DNA of 63,813 nt, the filler included. It is 5 parts of 5 records of this genome, joined end to end, with 100 filler letters (N's around TTAATTAATTAA, not from the genome) between each part and the next. Parts side by side here need not be neighbours in the genome. Positions count along the whole stretch, not along the records: positions 29,878 to 49,569 come from SRR31156797_26079; 4 more parts are not named here. One strand, given 5' to 3'. The notes under the pieces were generated by a model. It was not told the origin of the DNA. It worked only from the letters and a program-made list of their open reading frames with translations, and did not search any database. Below are positions 40,647 to 49,284 of the stretch, one piece after another; position 1 is the stretch's first letter, and every line of letters starts with the position of its first letter. The position numbers and the translations under genes are program-made.

Positions 40647-40777
40647 TTTTCAGGTGTTTATATATTAATTTGGTCAGAATTGAAATATCAAACAAACTAA
40701 CTTAATTTTTCTTAATTCACAATAACAATTTTATAAAATAACCTCTATTTTAATAGACATTGTAACAACATCTTTGT

Positions 40778-41464
40778 TTATACTTTATTCTCTCCAACCA
40801 ATATTGATTCAATTTCAGTTTGTTTTTGATTAATTAATTCTTTCTTTTCTGCAATTAGTTTTTGACAAATAGTAATTATAGAATTTATTTCAGAGCTGAA
40901 GTGAAACACCTCTTTTTCACCATTTTTTTCTGAATATATATCAGCTTGGTTTAATTCCCTGAGCACTACACCAATTGGGCGGTAATAAGGGCTATTTCGT
41001 ACTTTATTTACAATTTCTCGGACTGAATTAATATTAATATTTTCAGCATTAACAAAATCTTCAGGTTTCATGCGAAGGATATCAATAAATTCATTCTTCA
41101 TTTTCTTTAATTCTATTTTTTCTGCATATAATTCTTTTTTCAATCTATCAAATCGCTTTTTATTAATATAGTTTCCATACAAAGAGTTGATTTTGTCAGC
41201 CTTTATTACATAGAAAATTGTAAAACATCCAATCACAATAGTGATTAGATTTACAATGTTGTTCCAAATTGAATTTTTGGTAAAAACCTCGATTGGCTTA
41301 TCTAGTTGAGATTCCACCTTTTCAATATTCTTTTCTATAGTGCTGATTTTCTGAGCCAAGCTGTCAATTTGAATTTGCTGAGCAACAATAATAGAATCTT
41401 TACTATTTGATCCAATAATAAATGTAGTTGTAAATATGAAAGAAAAAAGAATTATATACTTCAT
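40778..41464 (-). CDS. Hypothetical membrane protein (cargo)
   Basis: Signal/TM segment, coiled coil, second TM segment; AT-rich. Confidence 0.65.
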   Translation of the reverse strand: MKYIILFSFIFTTTFIIGSNSKDSIIVAQQIQIDSLAQKISTIEKNIEKVESQLDKPIEVFTKNSIWNNIVNLITIVIGCFTIFYVIKADKINSLYGNYINKKRFDRLKKELYAEKIELKKMKNEFIDILRMKPEDFVNAENININSVREIVNKVRNSPYYRPIGVVLRELNQADIYSEKNGEKEVFHFSSEINSIITICQKLIAEKKELINQKQTEIESILVGENKV

Positions 41465-41466
41465 AC

Positions 41467-42015
41467 TTAATTAAATGCTTTGTGATTAAGTTCATTAATA
41501 ACTGTTAAGGCTTTATGTATTATTAAAATACTACTAAAAAAGCTGTCTAAACATAAATAGTAAGTAAGGGGTTCTTCCGATATTTGGTAAAAAAGCTTGT
41601 GATTTTTCATGCTACTGTGAGCTATTCTAGAATATATAAATCCTTCAAAAATATTTCTATAGCTTAATTCATTATCATTAACTTTTATGGGCCATTTTTT
41701 ATCTATTTCACTATTAAAAATCTCTACTATAGTCAAAAATTCATTTTTGAGCTGTTCATTTTTACAATGCTCGAGATAAGTTGATTTAAGTCTTATTAAA
41801 GAAATTGGTTCATTCCACTGAATAAAAAACCTTAAATTTAAAACATAGCTATCAATAGCTTCTTCATGTGGAATCTTGCAATTTTCAAGTTGTATGCCTG
41901 TTTCAAAATTATATGATAAGTTCCAACCATTGTTTGTCAATTCACTAATTAGCGTTGAATTACGAAGTTTTTCGAATTTTTCGTCATATAGTTTAAGAGT
42001 ACTGTCCAAGTCCAT
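41467..42015 (-). CDS. Hypothetical protein (cargo)
   Basis: 182-aa ORF, 2 nt upstream of the next gene. Confidence 0.65.
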   Translation of the reverse strand: MDLDSTLKLYDEKFEKLRNSTLISELTNNGWNLSYNFETGIQLENCKIPHEEAIDSYVLNLRFFIQWNEPISLIRLKSTYLEHCKNEQLKNEFLTIVEIFNSEIDKKWPIKVNDNELSYRNIFEGFIYSRIAHSSMKNHKLFYQISEEPLTYYLCLDSFFSSILIIHKALTVINELNHKAFN

Positions 42016-42331
42016 TAAATAAGAATTTAATTGTAATAAAGATAGAACTTATTTCACAATGTTTTAATAATTGAGACCCTTCTTTCGTGTAATTTTCAGG
42101 TATTACACTTTTGGAATTTTAAAACGTAGGATGTTTTTGCATTAATAAACAGTATTTTACAATATGTAGAAAGCAAAAGCCCCCACCTATTGTGGCAAGG
42201 GCTTTCATATTATGAACAATAGAAGTCTACATGCATAATAACACATTAGACAATTTCTTCTACAACCTATAAATATGTCATGGAAAGAATTTGTGGGGGG
42301 CGTAACGTATTCTGCATAAAAATTTATCGTC

Positions 42332-42715
42332 TCACAGTACCTTTTCATTTTTCTTTTCTTTTTTCAACTTCCTATTCAATACGATTTTTTCCCGGCATGC
42401 GTGTATTTCCTCTTTAGTACAATTACCAACTTTCTTATGTAAAATTTTATTGGCAATATAACTATCAGTTAATTGTTCTTTATGTCTTTGATTAACTTTC
42501 CGTTGCATTGCCCTTGCTTTTTCCGGGTTGGCCTTTCTCCATGCTTTGTCTCTCTGGTAAATAATATCCGGGATTGCTGATCTATATTTTATACTTCTTG
42601 CCTTGTCGCATTCAATGCAGTAATATGACAATCCAAATTTCTTAGTTTTATTCTTATAAAACTGCTCTAATGGTTTATATTGCTTACATTTGGTGCATCG
42701 TTTCTTTTGCTTCAT
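42332..42715 (-). CDS. Phage-type zinc-finger protein
   Basis: CTKC...EQFYK...YCIEC pattern, as in the N-termini of phage HNH/EndoVII-associated proteins; no nuclease motif visible. Confidence 0.65.
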   Translation of the reverse strand: MKQKKRCTKCKQYKPLEQFYKNKTKKFGLSYYCIECDKARSIKYRSAIPDIIYQRDKAWRKANPEKARAMQRKVNQRHKEQLTDSYIANKILHKKVGNCTKEEIHACREKIVLNRKLKKEKKNEKVL

Positions 42716-42748
42716 TATATCAAAATTTAGGGGCTAAGTGCCCCTTTA

Positions 42749-43336
42749 TTATGCTTCAATCCTTAAAATTCTTTGATAATCAATTTTACCATTAAAAACC
42801 AGCGTATCACGCCCGTAAAATAGTTCGTTTAAATCCTGCATCGCAATTGGTTTGTTTTGTAATTGCCCTAAAGTTGTTTGTAGCTCTTTGTGTATTGTAA
42901 TAAGCTGTTCCAACTGATTAACAATCTTGATTTGCCCGGGTGTTAGTTCATGTGTATACTTTTGAGTAAAAAAGCTTTTAGCATTGTTTAACTTAAATTC
43001 TCCTTTGTTGACAACCCAATTATCATAAGGTATTAAACCAACTAAATAAAATCTGTTATGTAAATCCCTGTGATTTCCCAACCAGCCATATTTTTGACCT
43101 AATATTTTTAGTTGTTGCTGCCTTAGTTCTTCAGGCAAGGCATCATATTTTGATTTCTCCTTTTTTGTTGCAATTTGTTGCGGCGTTTCCCTTCCAAAAA
43201 ATAAATTCAGCGTTGATTCTTTATCAGGGTCTAGACCGGCATCTTTAATAAGTACCCACAGGTTACTTAATTTTGGTTGTACCTCATTTACAAGCCCTAA
43301 GGCGTGGTTTAATTCGACTTTGTTAATCCATTTCAT
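42749..43336 (-). CDS. Hypothetical protein
   Basis: Probable ATG 43336 (MKWINK) overlapping the upstream stop. Confidence 0.6.
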   Translation of the reverse strand: MKWINKVELNHALGLVNEVQPKLSNLWVLIKDAGLDPDKESTLNLFFGRETPQQIATKKEKSKYDALPEELRQQQLKILGQKYGWLGNHRDLHNRFYLVGLIPYDNWVVNKGEFKLNNAKSFFTQKYTHELTPGQIKIVNQLEQLITIHKELQTTLGQLQNKPIAMQDLNELFYGRDTLVFNGKIDYQRILRIEA

Positions 43337-43565
43337 AATTATTAGTATTAAGTTCCTTTTGTACTGCCATTTCACACAATTTCTTATAACCATCTGAATT
43401 TTCGGCTGTAATGCCAATATGATTGGCAACGGACGCCAATGCTTCAAATGTGTTTGCTTCTCTTTCAATAAGTGATTGAATTTTTATTCTTTCACTTTGA
43501 ACACCCTCGTTTACTACCTCGTTGTAAACATTTGGGTACTTAAACTTTAATTCTTCTCTTGTCAT
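43323..43565 (-). CDS. Small protein resembling the scaffold region of phage prohead proteases
   Basis: MTREELKFKYPNVYNEVVNEGVQSERIKIQ pattern (recognised by eye). Confidence 0.5.
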   Translation of the reverse strand: MTREELKFKYPNVYNEVVNEGVQSERIKIQSLIEREANTFEALASVANHIGITAENSDGYKKLCEMAVQKELNTNNYEMD

Positions 43566-43665
43566 TTTTTAACTTTTATTTGTTCATAATCCCGGCTTGA
43601 CTTTACAAGTTCCGTTTTAATAATTCGCTTTCTGTGTTTCATATTATTGATTTTGATATTCATTT

Positions 43666-43920
43666 TCAGCTTTTAACATTGCTTTCGATCTTACTTCTAA
43701 TCAAATAGCAGATTGCCCAATTTATGGCACAATTTGGCCTTGTAAAGTATATTTCTTTGCCATACGAATGAGCGTAATTATTATTCACAATGACTTTGCG
43801 GTTGTCCTTAAATAAAATAATTGTTTCACCCTCTTTTTTAAAGTCAATTTGCCTGATTTGATTAAAAACACCTTTTGCGAAATTTTCCTGATTAAATCCT
43901 TTTATTTCATTTATTTTCAT
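43666..43920 (-). CDS. Hypothetical protein
   Basis: Short ORF in the rep operon; likely start MKINE. Confidence 0.5.
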   Translation of the reverse strand: MKINEIKGFNQENFAKGVFNQIRQIDFKKEGETIILFKDNRKVIVNNNYAHSYGKEIYFTRPNCAINWAICYLIRSKIESNVKS

Positions 43921-43930
43921 GCTTATAGTT

Positions 43931-44758
43931 TTATTTTCCCCAATCCTCAATGATGTTTGTTTCTTTGGTCTTTCCTTTCTCTATGAAATATTTGATATAT
44001 GGAATACCCTCTTTTTTATTCATTAGAAGTTTTCTAATGTTTAATACTTCACTTCTCCAAAAGCTATCATTTTGAGCAAATTTTAATGCTTCAATTATTT
44101 TAAAATGATTATATCCCTCTTTTATAAGTTTTTGATAGTCTTTTTCCCATTGATAAACCTCATTTGGTTTTGTAGGGTGCAAATGTTCCGGGAACCCCTC
44201 AATAACTTCTTTTAAATTTTCGGATATATTTATTTTATTATTTTTAATATCATTATTGTTATTGGTCGCTTTTTGACATTTTGTCGGTCGCTTTTCCTGT
44301 TTTTTGTCGGTCGCTTTTGGAATTGTTGTTTTATCTGTTCCTTTATTTACAATTGATTCAGGACTTTTTTTGTCGGTCGCTTTTATGCTTTTCTGTTGGT
44401 CGCTTTTTCCGGTTTTGTCGGTCGCTTGCCGGTCGCTTTTTAAATCTTCATCCTGATAACTTGCATAATTACAGATAGTTATTATACTAAATCTGTTGGT
44501 CGCTCGAGTCTGGATTTCTCCTGTTTTTATAAGTTTCTGTAAACAAGTTCTGATTTGTCGATCTGTAAGGCCGGTATCTTTGGATATGGTCGGGCGACTT
44601 GTAACTAATTGCCCTCTTTTTATCTCGATTCCCTGCCATTGTGCCGGGGCGTGGTTGGCCTTTAGTAGCAAATAAATCCATATTTGCACCATTTCAGGCC
44701 GTTGGAACCATTCCCATGCAATCAATGATCTGTGTATGCTTATCCAGCCCTTTTGCAT
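43931..44758 (-). CDS. Phage-type replication initiator (wHTH N-terminus, internal iterons)
   Basis: GWISIHR...WEW...YLLLKANH...I.RGQ..TS...QIRT.L..L...GEI N-terminus; internal DNA repeats. Confidence 0.78.
   Translation of the reverse strand: MQKGWISIHRSLIAWEWFQRPEMVQIWIYLLLKANHAPAQWQGIEIKRGQLVTSRPTISKDTGLTDRQIRTCLQKLIKTGEIQTRATNRFSIITICNYASYQDEDLKSDRQATDKTGKSDQQKSIKATDKKSPESIVNKGTDKTTIPKATDKKQEKRPTKCQKATNNNNDIKNNKINISENLKEVIEGFPEHLHPTKPNEVYQWEKDYQKLIKEGYNHFKIIEALKFAQNDSFWRSEVLNIRKLLMNKKEGIPYIKYFIEKGKTKETNIIEDWGK
44260..44504. repeat. Iteron array (8 copies of ~TGTCGGTCGCT), putative origin of replication
   Basis: Copies at 44260, 44282, 44305, 44371, 44394, 44416, 44427, 44494. Confidence 0.8.
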
Positions 44759-44759
44759 T

Positions 44760-45038
44760 CTACTTTACCAGCTTTTTGATTTCAGATTCTGAATAAAAAA
44801 CTTTGCCACCTATTTTTTTTGCCTTCAAAAATCCGTTTTTATTCCAACGCCAAAGGCTTGCCGGGCTTATTCCGAATAATTCTATAATTTCATTTCTTGT
44901 GTAAAGCTTTTCTTCTTGCTTGTCAAGTATTATTTGCGCTGTGTGAGTAGCTACAATATTGGCGAATTCTTGTAATTCCTTTCCGGTAACTGTTAGATTA
45001 ATTCCGGGGTGCTGATTGATTAAATTTGTGATGTCCAT
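44760..45038 (-). CDS. HTH excisionase/AlpA-like protein
   Basis: YTRNEIIELFGISPASLWRW...KIGGKVFY HTH_17 pattern. Confidence 0.85.
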   Translation of the reverse strand: MDITNLINQHPGINLTVTGKELQEFANIVATHTAQIILDKQEEKLYTRNEIIELFGISPASLWRWNKNGFLKAKKIGGKVFYSESEIKKLVK

Positions 45039-45091
45039 ATTTCAATATTTTTAAATTATTTTCACTACAAATTTATGTTGACTAACAAGCT

Positions 45092-45189
45092 GTTACCCAC
45101 AGGTAACAGGGTAACAAAAAAGGGTAACAATCCCGTTACCCTTAAATAGTCCAATGTTTAGAATATAACTTTAAATAAGATTGTTACCC
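45092..45189. promoter_or_regulatory. GTTACC(C)/(G)GGTAAC operator-like array upstream of xis
   Basis: Six copies in both orientations; TAAATTTG -7 element on the minus strand at ~45067-45074. Confidence 0.6.
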
Positions 45190-45894
45190 TGTGTAAAGCT
45201 CTTTTAGTTTTTCTTTTGCTTTTTCCTTTGCATTACCTTTCAATAAATTTACACAAATGTCCAAATTTTGCTTAGTTAAATATTGTTTTTGTGTTGCATT
45301 GTCTTTAGGTATTTCATACCACAGCCTTTTAAAATATGAGAATGAAACCTGCTGGTTATCTTTTTCGCTTTCAAAATATTTTTTAAGGCTCTTAAATCCT
45401 TTAGTATTATAATGTTTAGCTTCATTTTCAAAATACTTACACAAAACATATATAATACCGTCTGCCTGTTCAATACCTTGTTTTTGCTTTGGGGGCTCTG
45501 CTTTCTTAAAATCTGTAATAGATTCTTTTTTCATATCTAAAAATCCCAACCATTTATAAACAATTGGAATATTCTCTTTTAAACGGTGCTTAAATTTATG
45601 TTGTATGTGTTCATCCTTGAAAGGGTTCAACAATTTATTTAAACGTTCCATTTCCCAAATAACAAAATGCTTTTCGGGCTCTGTTGTGTCATTTAACCTG
45701 CGTTTATAGAATAATTCAAACTCACTTTCATTATACTTTTCTAGTGGTTTTGCTTGTTCTACTATCCGCTTTTCAGGTTCATTTTTTATACGTTTTTCCG
45801 GCTGTTCTTCATATAGTGAAACCTTTACACCTTCATTTGAATATTGGCTAAAATATGCAACTATTTCAAGCTCTTTTATTAGAAATTCATCCAT
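45184..45894 (-). CDS. Hypothetical protein downstream of the integrase (possible regulator)
   Basis: 236-aa ORF between int and xis. Confidence 0.6.
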   Translation of the reverse strand: MDEFLIKELEIVAYFSQYSNEGVKVSLYEEQPEKRIKNEPEKRIVEQAKPLEKYNESEFELFYKRRLNDTTEPEKHFVIWEMERLNKLLNPFKDEHIQHKFKHRLKENIPIVYKWLGFLDMKKESITDFKKAEPPKQKQGIEQADGIIYVLCKYFENEAKHYNTKGFKSLKKYFESEKDNQQVSFSYFKRLWYEIPKDNATQKQYLTKQNLDICVNLLKGNAKEKAKEKLKELYTG

Positions 45895-45901
45895 AACTTA
45901 A

Positions 45902-47182
45902 CTATTTAGCCGTTTTAATAAATTCGCCTTGTTTCTGCCAAAATTCAACTATCTTTTTAGCATGCTGTTCCGGTGAAACCTTAATGTATTTCAAAAATGC
46001 TGATTCCGTTTTATGGCCAGTTATTGACCTTATATGTAAGGTTTCCATACCAGCCAAATACATATTAGTAGCAAATGAACGGCGGGCGGTGTGGCTTCCA
46101 ACTAATTGATATTTGGGTAAATGTTTCAACACTGTTTTACCTGTTTTTTCATCAACTACCGGACTTTTAAAGGGTGCTATTGTAGTCAGTCCGGCAAGTT
46201 TGCAAGCTTCTTTTAAATACTCATTATATTTTTGGTTGCTGATTGGTTCCGGTAAATTGCCGTTGTATTTTTCCAAAACCTCTTTAACAATCGGGTGCAA
46301 TGGTATTACAACCCTGTTACCTGTTTTGGACTGCTTTACATAAATTAAATCATTACTGATATTCTCCTTTGTAATACTTGTTAAGTCTCCAAATCTTAAA
46401 CCTGTATATGAACCGACAATAAACATATCCCTAACTTTTTCTAATCTCTTATTCTCACTAAAATCATGGTTGTATAATTGCTTTAGTTCTGTTTCATCAA
46501 AGTGAATATTATCAGTTTCAATCTTTTTAACTTTCCAGCCTAAATATTTATCATACGGATTTTTACCATCGTATTTAGCATCATTCAGGAATATTCTCAA
46601 TGTGGTAATTTTGCGAACAATGGTGTTTTGATGCAATCCTTTTTTTCTAAGGAATTCCGTAAAATTCTCTTTAAATTCTTTGTCCATATCCACAAATCCA
46701 AGTTCTTTGCCGTTGTTTTCTTCTTTGCAATAATCTTTCAGGTAATTAAATGTTACTTCATATTCTCTTTTGACTTTGTAGGAAACCGGGTTCCCTGTTT
46801 TTTCATTGATTCGCTTATGAGAGTTATCAACAAAGTTTTGAACATAGCCGAATAGGGTTTCAGTGGATAAATACTTGTCAGGATTATAAAATTTATCTAT
46901 TTGGGTTTCAAGCCAGTTTTTATCTATTTGGGCTTTGTCAGTTGTATTGTCGTGTGCTTCTTCAATTGCTCTTTTTAGCCCTGAAAGTTTCTTTTGCGTG
47001 TCTTCCTTGCCGTCAAATGGAATTTCTCTTAAGGTCTGTTTGTTTGGGTTCCAATGTTCCGGCAATACTGTTATTGGTGTTTTAATTGATAGGTCAAATT
47101 GATTGCCCTGCTTAAATCTTATCCTAACAGTTGCTCGAGGGCTTTTCTTAGATACACGAATGAAATATTTGAATGTTGCCAT
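45902..47182 (-). CDS. Tyrosine integrase
   Basis: GLRFGD, HTARRSF, TGH, LKYIK catalytic residues; arm-binding and SAM-like N-terminal regions. Confidence 0.95.
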   Translation of the reverse strand: MATFKYFIRVSKKSPRATVRIRFKQGNQFDLSIKTPITVLPEHWNPNKQTLREIPFDGKEDTQKKLSGLKRAIEEAHDNTTDKAQIDKNWLETQIDKFYNPDKYLSTETLFGYVQNFVDNSHKRINEKTGNPVSYKVKREYEVTFNYLKDYCKEENNGKELGFVDMDKEFKENFTEFLRKKGLHQNTIVRKITTLRIFLNDAKYDGKNPYDKYLGWKVKKIETDNIHFDETELKQLYNHDFSENKRLEKVRDMFIVGSYTGLRFGDLTSITKENISNDLIYVKQSKTGNRVVIPLHPIVKEVLEKYNGNLPEPISNQKYNEYLKEACKLAGLTTIAPFKSPVVDEKTGKTVLKHLPKYQLVGSHTARRSFATNMYLAGMETLHIRSITGHKTESAFLKYIKVSPEQHAKKIVEFWQKQGEFIKTAK

Positions 47183-47219
47183 AATGAAAAGTTTAAAAGT
47201 TCACTACAAATATAGGAAT

Positions 47220-47240
47220 TTGCCCCCAACTTGCCCCCAA
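47220..47240 (+). repeat. Putative integrase arm-type sites (right)
   Basis: TTGCCCCCAA x2 at 11-bp period. Confidence 0.6.
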
Positions 47241-47436
47241 TATTTTAAAATTAATGAAAAGTAGTGAAAAGAGTATAATTATAAAAAATCACAAATACCC
47301 AATATATACTAGCCAAATGAAATATTAAGATTTCATCTGATTTCTTTTAATTAGGTTAATTTTCGTTTCGGCATCCCGACTGAAAATTAGAAACCGTTCA
47401 ATTAAGTTTGGACGGTTTTTTTAGTATAAGGGGCAA

Positions 47437-47551
47437 GCCCCGAGTGCCGAAAACACCAAATTTTAATTTGGATTGTTTTCGTGCATTCACGATTTACCAT
47501 ACAAATTGAAAATTTGTGTAAATCGGAATTCAAATCTCGGCATCCCGACCA
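47437..47551 (+). repeat. 3' tRNA-Pro fragment interrupted in the T-arm by an 84-nt twin-hairpin insert
   Basis: GCCCCGAG (47437-47444), insert 47445-47528, then TTCAAATCTCGGCATCCCGACCA. Confidence 0.85.
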
Positions 47552-47817
47552 TGAAACGGGTTAATCTATTATTTTTTAGGTTAATCCGTTTTTTTTTTGC
47601 CCGGGAAAACAATTAGATTCAAATTTTCTTAGAATTATCCGATATCCATTTATCTCGGATCTAATATCTCTTAATTACTTTTTTGACTGTCAAATTTACT
47701 TGATATGAAAAATGATTTATTCAAGTATCTAGATTATTAAATCCGTTCGGTCATTTTGTCAATTTGATTAAATTTGTACGGCTTTTGATAATGGGTTACT
47801 TAAAAAATTAAAATATT

Positions 47818-48825
47818 ATGGCATTATTTAAATCACTCGACAATTTAGAAGAGAATACAGAAAATAAAGAATGGCCAACTGGCGATGCTGAAAAAGTTAA
47901 ATGTTTAATCGTTGGTTCTGGACCTGCAGGTTATACAGCTGCCATTTATGCAGCCAGAGCAAATCTTAGCCCTGTGATGTATGAAGGTATGCAACCTGGA
48001 GGGCAGCTAACTACAACTACAGAGGTTGATAATTTTCCTGGTTATCCTAGTGGTGTAACAGGCCCAGAGATGATGGAGGATCTTAAAAAACAAGCTACCC
48101 GTTTTGGTACTGATGTACGCTGGGGAATGGCGACAAAGGTAGATTTAAGTAAGCGTCCTTTCAAAGTTGCCATTGATGATAAAACACTACTTGAGGCTGA
48201 AACTTTAATTATAGCCACTGGAGCGACAGCAAAATACCTTGGACTGGAGTCTGAAGAGAAATACAAAGGTGGTGGTGTATCTGCATGTGCTACTTGTGAT
48301 GGTTTCTTCTACAAAGGCAAAAAAGTAGCTGTCGTGGGTGGTGGAGATACTGCTGCAGAAGAAGCTACATATTTGTCAAATTTGGCTGAAAAAGTATATT
48401 TAATTGTTCGTAAAGACTATATGCGTGCTTCAAAGGCAATGCAAAAACGTGTGGATAATACCAAAAACATTGAAGTACTTTATGAGCATAATACCAAAGA
48501 AATATATGGTGAAAATGGTGTTGTAACTGGTGTCAAATTAATTAAACGCAAGGGAGAAGCTGATGAAGCTGAAGTTGATATTGCAATTGACGGTTTCTTC
48601 CTGGCTATTGGTCACACTCCAAACAGCAAGGTATTTGAAGAGTTCCTTACAACTGACAAAGAAGGATATATTATTACTGATCCTGGATCAAGTAAAACAA
48701 ATATTCCGGGCGTATTTGCTTGTGGTGATGTACAGGATAAAATTTATCGTCAGGCCATTACAGCAGCAGGTTCTGGTTGTCAGGCGGCATTAGATGCTGA
48801 AAGATTCCTTGGCGAGCAAGAGTAA
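47818..48825 (+). CDS. trxB: Thioredoxin-disulfide reductase
   Basis: GSGPAG, CATCDG, GGGDTA, GVFACGD, QAITAAG. Confidence 0.96.
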   Translation: MALFKSLDNLEENTENKEWPTGDAEKVKCLIVGSGPAGYTAAIYAARANLSPVMYEGMQPGGQLTTTTEVDNFPGYPSGVTGPEMMEDLKKQATRFGTDVRWGMATKVDLSKRPFKVAIDDKTLLEAETLIIATGATAKYLGLESEEKYKGGGVSACATCDGFFYKGKKVAVVGGGDTAAEEATYLSNLAEKVYLIVRKDYMRASKAMQKRVDNTKNIEVLYEHNTKEIYGENGVVTGVKLIKRKGEADEAEVDIAIDGFFLAIGHTPNSKVFEEFLTTDKEGYIITDPGSSKTNIPGVFACGDVQDKIYRQAITAAGSGCQAALDAERFLGEQE

Positions 48826-48847
48826 TTCTCAAACATAAAATAACATG

Positions 48848-48878
48848 AGGGAAGGACGGTGGTTCTTCCCTTTTTTTT
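48848..48878 (+). terminator. Intrinsic terminator of trxB
   Basis: AGGGAAG...CTTCCCT followed by a T-run. Confidence 0.75.
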
Positions 48879-48920
48879 GTTTAGTTTATAAAATGTTGTA
48901 AAACAGTTTAATCGAAGCAG

Positions 48921-49151
48921 TCCCTCTCCTTGAGGAGAGGGTTTGGGTGAGGTGAATTAAGGCAGATAATACTTGAATTCGTTATTAATTATATCCTCCA
49001 CACACCTCACTTACTCTCCTGAAGGAGAGAACCTCCAGCGCACAGTTCATGGGATTTTTATGACCTATTATAAATTTTACATTTGTTTAAATTCTTAAAC
49101 AGTAGGATAATCGGAGAGTTCCTTCTCCTTTAGGAGAAGGTTAGGATGAGG
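48921..49151. repeat. Cluster of three REP-like palindromes
   Basis: CCCTCTCC-N4-GGAGAGGG...GGTGAGG at 48921, inverted copy at ~49005, CCTTCTCC-N4-GGAGAAGG...GATGAGG at 49121. Confidence 0.75.
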
Positions 49152-49284
49152 TAAATTAGCGGAAGCGTTCCCTTTAACTATTGTCGGGAAAGGCTCTTGA
49201 ATAGTAGGTTGGTAAGGTGTTAAGCGTATGACTTGCTGCATCCCTTTCCTTTAACTATCTTTGCTGCACTGAAATCACTATAAA

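Larger units (their letters stand above)
39023..47380. mobile_element. ~8.3-kb integrative phage-satellite-like element in the tRNA-Pro 3' end
   Basis: 13-bp direct repeat TCGGCATCCCGAC at 39023-39035 and 47368-47380; tyrosine integrase next to the right repeat; Xis-like and Rep-like genes; no structural genes. Confidence 0.85.

Noticed and set aside
43562-43642. 26-codon ORF (MKHRKRII...) overlapping the start of the scaffold-like gene
   Set aside because: Too short to support without homologues, although the ATGA coupling is suggestive
44260-44504. Repeat array as CRISPR
   Set aside because: Repeats are 11 bp, irregularly spaced, inside a CDS, and no cas genes are present
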